The notes beneath the pieces are model-generated. The model was not told where the DNA came from and made no database searches. It saw only the letters and a program-made list of their open reading frames with translations. Shown here in pieces: positions 47,986 to 55,531 of a stretch of DNA of 64,000 bases (its first letter is position 1; each line of letters opens with the position of its first letter). A program made the position numbers and the translations under genes. The DNA lies in NCBI GenBank assembly GCA_964610295.1, contig CAZSVR010000012.1, positions 4,246 to 68,245 on the forward strand. Reading direction: 5' to 3'. Origin of the DNA: an uncultured Anaerolineaceae bacterium. GTDB taxonomy: Bacteria; Chloroflexota; Anaerolineae; Anaerolineales; Villigracilaceae.

Positions 47986-49383
47986 ATGCTGCGAATTTAT
48001 AACACCCTCACCCGTAAGACAGAAGATTTTCAAACTCTCGAACCGAACCTCGTCAAGATGTACGTCTGCGGCGTCACGGTCTATAACGACGCGCATGTCG
48101 GTCACGCCATGTCCGCGCTGGTATTCGACATCATCCGCCGCTATCTTGAATATCGCGGTTACAAAGTCAAACATGTTATGAACTATACGGACGTGGACGA
48201 TAAGATCATCAATCGCGCGAAACAGCTCAACGAAGACCCGCTTAAACTCTCGCAACGATACATCGAAGATTATGCAAACGACCTGAATAATCTGAATGTA
48301 TTACCGGCCACATCGAATCCGCAAGTCAGCAAGACCATGCCGCTGATCATCAAGTTCATCGAGGGTTTGATTCAAAAAGAAGCTGCATACGCCGCGCCAA
48401 ATGGAGATGTATACTTCCGCGTCATCAGTGACGACGATTACGGAAAACTCTCGGGCCGCAAACTGGACGACATGCAGGCAGGCGCGCGCATCGAAGTGGA
48501 GGAAGCCAAAGATCATCCGATGGACTTCGCCCTTTGGAAAGCTGCAAAGCCCGGTGAAATATCCTGGGATAGTCCGTGGGGCAAAGGACGCCCCGGCTGG
48601 CACATCGAATGCTCGGCCATGAACCTCGCCGAGCTCGGCGAACAAATTGACATTCACGGCGGCGGCAACGACCTGATCTTCCCGCATCATGAGAACGAGA
48701 TCGCACAAACCGAAAGTTACACGGGCAAGGAATTCTCACGCTATTGGGTCCACAACGGCATGTTGCAACTCGGCGGCGAGAAAATGTCCAAGTCGCTGGG
48801 CAATATCGTCAGCATCAAGGAATTTTTATCGAAGCGATCCGCGGATGTGCTGCGCATGCTCGTTTTGAACGGGACCTATCGCGCGCCGCTATTGTTCAAC
48901 GACGAGACCCTGGACGCCGCCGAAAAGAATGTCGAACGGCTGAAATCCGGACTTCGGCCTGCCGCGCCCTCCTCAAAGGGAATCAATGCTGAGTCCGTTG
49001 CCCACCTCGCGGCCACGGCCGCATCTGCCAAGACCAACTTCACCGACGCCATGGACAACGACTTCAACACCGCGGGCGCGATCGCCGCGTTGTTCGAGAT
49101 CGTCAAAGCCATCAATATCGCGCGCGACAACGGCGCGACAGATGTGCAGCTCAAGCCCGCACAAGACCTCTTCCATGAATTCGCAAATGTGCTTGGCTTG
49201 AAACTCGAGGACAAACAAGGTTCCGGCGGCGCGGAGAAGTTCGTTGACCTGCTGATCGAAGTACGAAACGATGTGAGAAAGCAGAAGTTGTGGGCTTTAT
49301 CCGACCAGATCCGAGACAAATTGAAAGAACTTGGCGTGACGATGGAAGACAGCAAGGATGGAACGACCTGGCGATGGGGATAG
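47986..49383 (+). CDS. cysS: Cysteine--tRNA ligase
   Basis: CGVTVY, HVGH, DFALWK, GRPGWHIECS, KMSKS. Confidence 0.98.
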   Translation: MLRIYNTLTRKTEDFQTLEPNLVKMYVCGVTVYNDAHVGHAMSALVFDIIRRYLEYRGYKVKHVMNYTDVDDKIINRAKQLNEDPLKLSQRYIEDYANDLNNLNVLPATSNPQVSKTMPLIIKFIEGLIQKEAAYAAPNGDVYFRVISDDDYGKLSGRKLDDMQAGARIEVEEAKDHPMDFALWKAAKPGEISWDSPWGKGRPGWHIECSAMNLAELGEQIDIHGGGNDLIFPHHENEIAQTESYTGKEFSRYWVHNGMLQLGGEKMSKSLGNIVSIKEFLSKRSADVLRMLVLNGTYRAPLLFNDETLDAAEKNVERLKSGLRPAAPSSKGINAESVAHLAATAASAKTNFTDAMDNDFNTAGAIAALFEIVKAINIARDNGATDVQLKPAQDLFHEFANVLGLKLEDKQGSGGAEKFVDLLIEVRNDVRKQKLWALSDQIRDKLKELGVTMEDSKDGTTWRWG

Positions 49384-49423
49384 ATTAGTCTGATAGTTGG
49401 TTAGTCGAATAGTCTGATAATCG

Positions 49424-49456
49424 AAAACTTCCGAGGCCTAAACTCCCGGAAGTTTT
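49424..49456. repeat. AAAACTTCCG...CGGAAGTTTT hairpin (terminator or RAYT-REP relative)
   Basis: 10-bp stem sharing ACTTCCG/CGGAAGT with the REPs at 508 and 1194. Confidence 0.55.
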
Positions 49457-49480
49457 TATTTCTCAAGTAAAATCAACAGC

Positions 49481-49664
49481 ATGAAAGAATTCATCTACTC
49501 ACGCAACGCTGTCTATGAGACTTTGCGCGCCAGGCGCAGGGAGATTTTCGAGATCGAGATTGCCGATTCCGCGCAGGAAAAAGGAAAATTGGCCGAGATC
49601 ATAAAATTAGCCAATGAACGAAAAATAAAAGTGCACCGTGTGCAGCGCGCCAAGCTGGATAAAG
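49481..49664 (+). pseudogene. rlmB: Orphaned 5' stump (61 codons) of rlmB
   Basis: Colinear with 50827-51010, 47/61 aa identical; own TAAAAT 7 nt upstream. Confidence 0.9.
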
Positions 49665-49668
49665 ATTT

Positions 49669-50655
49669 CTACCGAATGGGGACATACCCGCTTTCTTTAA
49701 CTGTCTCCTGCCCTGCATCTGTGAGGAACCAATCGCGAAGCGCGATCGCAAAACTATCAGGCGGCATGTCAGCGCGCACGACAACATACACTTCTGTCGC
49801 AAGCGGATAGACGCCGCTGGCGATTGTCTCTGAATTCGGATGAACTCCTTCGACTCCAAGCAGTTTGATATTCTCGTCGGGAAGCATGAACGTGGCATAG
49901 TAATAAACGGAGTACCCGATTCCCAGTGTGTCATCGTGAATCGCGCTGATGGGTCCCATCATGCTTGGAAAGATCATGTTTGGCGCATCGGACATTGACC
50001 TGCCTTTCATGACCAGTTCTTCCATTAATTCCTGGCTCCCTGAATTCCTGTCGCGTTGATAGGCATTGATTTCGCCTGCGCCGCCCAGTTCCGACCAGTC
50101 TGCGATTTCCCCTGCGTAGATGCTTCTTATCTGTTCCAGCGTGAGGGAAGTTACAGGATTGTCTTTGTGCACAAGGAAAACAAAAGCATCCAGAGCCATG
50201 GGGCGCACCTCGAGGATCACATCTGCTTTGGCGGCTTCCTTTACTTCGTCATCGGATGGCAGGCGCGCGACGAGGATCAGGTCAGTTTCTTTCTGGATCA
50301 AATTCACATAGGCTTGGTGCGTTCCGCGGTGGAAGATGCTGAGTACAATGCCTCCAGTCTCAGTCAGAGAAGTGGCGAGATCGGGACCGATCCCGCGCTC
50401 TACGACGAACTCCGAAAATGAGGGAAGCGTCCAGGTGCATGCGACGTTCAGTAATTTGCAGGCTGTGAGTATCTGCAACGGATGGGTTGAGGTCGAGCCA
50501 TCCACGCGGGGATAGTTCTGCGCGATGCCTGAGACATCAGGCGTGGGGCCCGGCGTATACGCTCCCGAAGGTGTGATGACTACATCCGCCCTGGATGGCT
50601 GACAACCTGTCAACAGTGCCAGCGAGAAGATCAATACAAATTTTGAAACATTCAT
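49669..50655 (-). CDS. Orphan PstS-like substrate-binding lipoprotein
   Basis: Lipobox LTGC, VDGSTSTHPL, YQRDRNSGSQ, IGYSVYYY; no permease genes nearby. Confidence 0.8.
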   Translation of the reverse strand: MNVSKFVLIFSLALLTGCQPSRADVVITPSGAYTPGPTPDVSGIAQNYPRVDGSTSTHPLQILTACKLLNVACTWTLPSFSEFVVERGIGPDLATSLTETGGIVLSIFHRGTHQAYVNLIQKETDLILVARLPSDDEVKEAAKADVILEVRPMALDAFVFLVHKDNPVTSLTLEQIRSIYAGEIADWSELGGAGEINAYQRDRNSGSQELMEELVMKGRSMSDAPNMIFPSMMGPISAIHDDTLGIGYSVYYYATFMLPDENIKLLGVEGVHPNSETIASGVYPLATEVYVVVRADMPPDSFAIALRDWFLTDAGQETVKESGYVPIR

Positions 50656-50751
50656 TTTAGCCTCCAGATTCGGTAAGGCTCGCCATTTATATTATAGTCC
50701 GTTGATGGAAGACGCGCATGAGCCGTAAAGAACTGCGATATAAAATCTAGC

Positions 50752-50815
50752 AAGTGACAGTCACGTTGCTCCCCTATTTTCCTTCGGGAGTACTCCGCAA
50801 AGGTGACTGTCACTT
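50752..50815. repeat. AAGTGACAGTCAC...GTGACTGTCACTT palindromic element abutting the rlmB -10 box
   Basis: 13-bp inverted arms; TATAAT at 50815-50820. Confidence 0.8.
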
Positions 50816-50826
50816 ATAATCGGGGT

Positions 50827-51555
50827 ATGAAAGAACTCCTCTACTCCCGCAACGCCGTCTATGAAACCTTGCGCGCCGGGCGCAGGGAGATCTTCGCGAT
50901 CGAGATCGCCGATACCGCACAGGATAAAGGCCGCATCGTGGAGATCCTCAAATTGGCAAACGAACAAAAGATAAAAGTAAGCCGCGTACCGCGCGGGAAA
51001 CTGGATAAAGTCCATGAGGATCATCAGGGTGTGGTGGCTGAAGTCAGCAAATATCCGTATTCAGATGTGGTTGAGATCCTTGAGCAGGCAAAGGGAGAGT
51101 TGCCTTTTGTGCTCATCCTTGATTCTTTGCAAGACCCGCAGAACTTTGGCACGCTTTTGAGAACAGCCGAAGCCATCGGCGTGCATGGCGTGATCATTCC
51201 ATTGGCAAGGACCGTGGATGTGACTCCTGCGGTGGTCAACGCATCCTCTGGTGCAAGCGAGCACTTACTCATTGCACAGTCCAATCTCTCACAGGCAATC
51301 GACGCACTCAAAGATAATGATGTATGGATCGTGGGCCTTGACGAGGCCGGGGCGGAGATCGAAGCTGGCTCACGTCATCTGCGCGGCGCGGTGGGATTGG
51401 TCGTCGGCTCGGAGGGCGAAGGGCTGCACGAGCTCACACGCAAGAAATGCGATATCCTGATGAAACTTCCGATGCGCGGACAGATCGAATCATTGAACGC
51501 GGCCGTCGCCGGGTCGGTCGCGTTGTATCTCGCGTATCTGGCACACACAAAATAG
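50827..51555 (+). CDS. rlmB: 23S rRNA (G2251-2'-O)-methyltransferase
   Basis: HQGVVA, QDPQNFG, GSEGEG, SLNAAVA; leaderless start. Confidence 0.93.
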   Translation: MKELLYSRNAVYETLRAGRREIFAIEIADTAQDKGRIVEILKLANEQKIKVSRVPRGKLDKVHEDHQGVVAEVSKYPYSDVVEILEQAKGELPFVLILDSLQDPQNFGTLLRTAEAIGVHGVIIPLARTVDVTPAVVNASSGASEHLLIAQSNLSQAIDALKDNDVWIVGLDEAGAEIEAGSRHLRGAVGLVVGSEGEGLHELTRKKCDILMKLPMRGQIESLNAAVAGSVALYLAYLAHTK

Positions 51556-51556
51556 C

Positions 51557-51646
51557 ATGTCGTTGCGAGGGCGGCGCTCTTCCGCCCAAAGCAATCTCCC
51601 ACTTAGCGAGGAGACTGCTTCGCCAAGGAGCGGCTCGCAGCGACAT
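51557..51646. repeat. GTCGTTGCGAG/AAGCAATC/CTCGCAGCGAC REP-type element
   Basis: Nested inverted arms; relatives at 10084 and 57347. Confidence 0.8.
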
Positions 51647-51663
51647 AATCGACAGGAGAAATC

Positions 51664-53022
51664 ATGCCTCAGGCAACTTATCATTTTCCGAAGGGATTTT
51701 TGTGGGGAACGGCAACCGCGTCCCACCAGGTGGAAGGCAACAACACGAATAACAATTGGCACAAGTGGGAAGAAGAAGGTCATACAGTTCACAAATCCGG
51801 TCTCGCCTGTGATTGGTGGGGTGGACGCTGGCGAGAAGACTTCGACCGCGCCGCCGAATCAGGTCAGAACGCGCATCGTTTATCTGTGGAGTGGAGCCGC
51901 ATTCAACCCACGCCCGATACATGGAATGAGGACGCGCTCGAAAAATATCGAACTATGTTGCGCGGGCTACGCGAGCGCGGCATCACGCCGATGGTCACGC
52001 TTCATCACTTCACCGATCCGCTATGGCTTACCGAACGCGGCGCCCATTCGACACTCCCTTCGGTCGCAGGGCAAGCATGGGAGACGGAAGAGGTTGTGCC
52101 ATTGTTCGAGAAATTCACGCGCAAAGTAGTGGATGCGTTGAAGGAATATGTGACGTTGTGGTGCACGATCAACGAACCGAATGTATATGCGTTGAGTGGA
52201 TATGTAACAGGCGCGTTCCCACCGGGCAGGAAAAACATAAGATTATCCATGCGTGTGATCGCGAATATGCTGCGCGGTCACGCCGCGGCCTATCGCGCCA
52301 TTCATGAACTGCAACCCGAAGCGCGCGTCGGTTATGCCTTGCATTATCGCCCAATGGTGTCGCGTATAAGATGGTCGCCATTGGATCGGTGGATGAGAAA
52401 CATTCGATATAGCAGGATCAACATGGGCTTCCCCTCCGCGATATCCACTGGCGTGATGAGATCACCAGTCGGAAATCAAAGCATTCCCGAAGCAAAAGGT
52501 ACGCAGGATTACGTTGGACTCAATTATTACTCTGTGGACACTGTCTGGTTTGATATTTCAAAACCCGGCGAATTATTTTCAAATAGCGGCTATCCAAAAG
52601 ATGCTGATATGAGCGATAACAATTATCTCGCCAACATTCCCGAAGGGATCTTCGACTCTATAAAATGGATCGTCCGCACGTACCCGAACACACCCATCAT
52701 CATCACAGAGAACGGCGTGGAGGACGCAGACGATCACATGCGCCCGCGTTATCTTGCGCAACATCTTCATCAGGTATGGCGCGCAGTCAATTTCAATTGG
52801 CCGGTCAAGGGATATTTCCACTGGTCATTGGTGGATAACTTCGAATGGGAGCGCGGCTGGACCCAGCCTTTCGGCCTGTGGGGATTGGATATAGATACAC
52901 AAAAACGCATCAGACGCCCAAGCGTGGATTTGTATGCTGAGATCTGCAAAGAGAACGGGATCTCAAGCGAAATGGTGCAGAAGTATTGTCCCGAGGCGTT
53001 TGACAAGCTATTCCCTGTTTGA
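51664..53022 (+). CDS. GH1 beta-glucosidase with an 11-aa repeat-derived insertion
   Basis: ATASHQVEG, TLHHF, TINEP, ITENG, WSLVDNFEW. Confidence 0.92.
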   Translation: MPQATYHFPKGFLWGTATASHQVEGNNTNNNWHKWEEEGHTVHKSGLACDWWGGRWREDFDRAAESGQNAHRLSVEWSRIQPTPDTWNEDALEKYRTMLRGLRERGITPMVTLHHFTDPLWLTERGAHSTLPSVAGQAWETEEVVPLFEKFTRKVVDALKEYVTLWCTINEPNVYALSGYVTGAFPPGRKNIRLSMRVIANMLRGHAAAYRAIHELQPEARVGYALHYRPMVSRIRWSPLDRWMRNIRYSRINMGFPSAISTGVMRSPVGNQSIPEAKGTQDYVGLNYYSVDTVWFDISKPGELFSNSGYPKDADMSDNNYLANIPEGIFDSIKWIVRTYPNTPIIITENGVEDADDHMRPRYLAQHLHQVWRAVNFNWPVKGYFHWSLVDNFEWERGWTQPFGLWGLDIDTQKRIRRPSVDLYAEICKENGISSEMVQKYCPEAFDKLFPV

Positions 53023-53050
53023 TCGGAAAGAAAGTGAAGGAGAATTGGAC

Positions 53051-53857
53051 ATGGATCTCAAAATTCAACTTACAGGTTTGAACGAATTGCTATCCATTAT
53101 CTATGGGGACAAGCTGCAGTTGAGCACCTTGCTGCGCGAAATCGGATTTGAGGGTTCCCAGATCGAACACTTGCAAGAGCAGCATCTCGAGTCCATTGTC
53201 CCCCAGTTTTTGGAGGTCATCCACAAGCGCCTGACGAGCGATTCAGGTAAGGATACCTATTATCAGATCCTGAGCCGTCGTTATGGATTGGACGGCCAAC
53301 CACCCGAGCAACTTCCTGCGATCGCCGCCAAGGAAAATCACAGCCCGGAATATCTGCGTCAGTTATTCGAAGAGATCATTCAAAGATGCCAGAGCAAAAC
53401 ATGGCAGGCCGAACTCCGCAAGAGCCTGAAATATATTGCCGTTTCTCAACTGGAGAAAATGAATGAGCGCCCGACACGTGAGCACATTGCTGAAAAACTG
53501 GAACGCCTGACCAATTTACGCGGCGCGGCGGACGTGGCCCGCCTGGATTACGAAGCCAAACGCGCGGAGATCCTTAAGCAGATCCAGGCCGAGCTGGATG
53601 CGCTCGATTCCGAATACACGCCCATACTTGAAGCAGCCGACGAAAATATTGCCGCGCTGGAAAATGAGATCAAGACCGAGGTGCTTTTGCACGGTGAAAG
53701 TGTTTCAGGTGGGGTCTATCGCGCCACGTACACGCAGGGACGCGTCTCATGGGATAACGATGGCATGGCCAAGTATGCAGCTTCCCACCCAGACGTGGCC
53801 CAATTCCGCAAACAGGGACAACCCATCGTCTCTTTGCGCACGGTGAAACAAGATTGA
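53051..53857 (+). CDS. Hypothetical protein: sigma70 region-4-like HTH, coiled coil, phage Gam/Gp157-like C-terminus
   Basis: ILSRRYGLDG...YLRQL; GRVSWD...HPDVAQFRK; domain calls are pattern-based. Confidence 0.5.
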   Translation: MDLKIQLTGLNELLSIIYGDKLQLSTLLREIGFEGSQIEHLQEQHLESIVPQFLEVIHKRLTSDSGKDTYYQILSRRYGLDGQPPEQLPAIAAKENHSPEYLRQLFEEIIQRCQSKTWQAELRKSLKYIAVSQLEKMNERPTREHIAEKLERLTNLRGAADVARLDYEAKRAEILKQIQAELDALDSEYTPILEAADENIAALENEIKTEVLLHGESVSGGVYRATYTQGRVSWDNDGMAKYAASHPDVAQFRKQGQPIVSLRTVKQD

Positions 53858-54957
53858 ATTTGCCTCCCGATTTCATCCAAACCATCCAAAGCACGTCTGG
53901 AGAAGATGGAAAACAATTGATCGAAGATCTTCCCAATCTGATCGCAGAGGCATCAATCAGGTGGGGATTATCGAATATTGAACCGATCCCAAACCTATCC
54001 TTCAACTTTGTGGCGTTTGCAAAACAGGTCTCGATACGGCGGCGTTGGTCGAGTAGGACGAAGTCCGTATACTTGCGCCGCACTGCGTTTGTTGCAGTGC
54101 AGGTGTCGAGACCCGCCGCCTACTCGACCAACCAGCAGGACGTAGTACTGAAAATTGGGGTGCCACGCGATGAATCGATCAGCGAAATGGCCGCGTTGCG
54201 TCTCTTCAATGGCGATGGCGCGTGCCGTTTACTAGAATATGATGAGTCGCGCGGTTTTTTATTGCTGGAACGACTTCGGCCTGGGACGATGCTCTCGGAA
54301 TTGGAAGATGATGACGAACGCACTCACATCGCTGCGCAGGTGATGAGCAAGCTTTGGCGAGAAATTCCTGTAGACTCCGCTCAAGGCGGCGTCCCCGCCG
54401 CCGTCCCACAGGGATGCTTCGCGAAGGACGGCGGCTTGAGCATTGTTTCCAAATTTATTAAATTATCAGATTGGTTTGATGGGTTGAAGAGGATTCGTCC
54501 ACATTTCAATGGAGGAACCGGACCCTTCCCAAAAGAACTTTTGGAACAAGTGGACGCTTTTTTGCCAGAGTTGTTCGCGGATGAAAACGTAAATCTCATA
54601 CATGGGGATTTTCATCACTTCAATGTGTTGCTGTCAGACCGCGGCTGGCTGGCGATCGATCCCAAAGGCGTGATCGGCCCAGTGGGTTATGAGGTGGGTC
54701 CGTTCATGCTCAACCCGTGGAGCGGCATCTCGGACGCGCACCAGTTCAAGGCTTGTCCTGAGCGAAGTCGAAGGGTCCAGGCAGAGAGGCGGGTGAGTAT
54801 CCTTTCAGAGAGACTCGGCTGGGAGCGCGAAAAGATCATTCAGTGGGCAACCGCCCATGCCGTCTTATCTGCATGGTGGAGCATAGAAGATGGCGGGGAA
54901 GAAACGGGTTGGGAGTATTCGATGTGGTGTGCACAGATGTTTTCAGAGATTAAATAA
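53854..54957 (+). CDS. Aminoglycoside/hydroxyurea resistance kinase (APH(6)-like) with three repeat-derived in-frame insertions
   Basis: VVLKIG, LLLERL, HGDFHHFN, IDPKG. Confidence 0.85.
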   Translation: MNLPPDFIQTIQSTSGEDGKQLIEDLPNLIAEASIRWGLSNIEPIPNLSFNFVAFAKQVSIRRRWSSRTKSVYLRRTAFVAVQVSRPAAYSTNQQDVVLKIGVPRDESISEMAALRLFNGDGACRLLEYDESRGFLLLERLRPGTMLSELEDDDERTHIAAQVMSKLWREIPVDSAQGGVPAAVPQGCFAKDGGLSIVSKFIKLSDWFDGLKRIRPHFNGGTGPFPKELLEQVDAFLPELFADENVNLIHGDFHHFNVLLSDRGWLAIDPKGVIGPVGYEVGPFMLNPWSGISDAHQFKACPERSRRVQAERRVSILSERLGWEREKIIQWATAHAVLSAWWSIEDGGEETGWEYSMWCAQMFSEIK

Positions 54958-54989
54958 CACAACCTCCCGTTTGGGAGGTTGTGTTATTT
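54952..54989. terminator. Bidirectional terminator
   Basis: 17-bp perfect stem AAATAACACAACCTCCC/GGGAGGTTGTGTTATTT. Confidence 0.85.
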
Positions 54990-55000
54990 GGCGAAGTTAT

Positions 55001-55165
55001 TTATTTGCCGAACAACGCGGCAATGGCGTAGACCAGGGCCAGGATGCCAATAAGCATCGGCATAAAGGTCATGCTGGCAAAGACGCCAGGCAGGACACCG
55101 ACGAGGCCGGTCAGCAGGAAGAACAGCCACATGCACCAACCAGAAATCGTCTTAGGCATCATCAT
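55001..55165 (-). CDS. 54-aa two-TM small protein (absent from the ORF track)
   Basis: SD AAAGGAG; MMMPKTISGWCMWLFFLLTGLVGVLPGVFASMTFMPMLIGILALVYAIAALFGK*. Confidence 0.75.
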   Translation of the reverse strand: MMMPKTISGWCMWLFFLLTGLVGVLPGVFASMTFMPMLIGILALVYAIAALFGK

Positions 55166-55298
55166 TTTACACTCTCCTTTAGAGATAAATCTTGTTGTCT
55201 GGCAGAATTACCAGGTTGTCAGTAACAACACTTCCTCAAACCCAAAGTTCCGCATGAAAGAAAAGGGATATGCCAAAATCCTAGCAGGAAACTTCGCC

Positions 55299-55418
55299 AT
55301 GAAATCACGCTGGGTAACTCACAAGGGCGTTCGTGTGTTCATTTCTGATTTTTCAATTTATGGCAGCGACGCAGCCGCAATGCAGGAGGAAATGGATCGT
55401 TTGGTGAAGCAGGTTTAA
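55299..55418 (+). pseudogene. 39-codon gene stump (MKSRWVTHKGVRVFISDFS...)
   Basis: Looks like the N-terminus of a small STAS/SpoIIAA-like protein that stops early. Confidence 0.4.
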
Positions 55419-55531
55419 GCTGACAATTTTAGGACAGATTAAGGAGGAAACCTTTCGCATGAAGCGGAAGGTTCTTTATGTTGAGGTCGTCTATCAACTG
55501 CTTTCTTTATCCCAAATGGTACAATCTTATG

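Noticed and set aside
51447-52129. ORFs spanning the rlmB-GH1 junction
   Set aside because: Their N-termini are translations of the REP at 51557-51646 and they overlap GH1 out of frame.
53854-54957. Bona fide aminoglycoside resistance gene
   Set aside because: Only family-level kinase motifs; housekeeping-like context; several insertions; substrate cannot be inferred.
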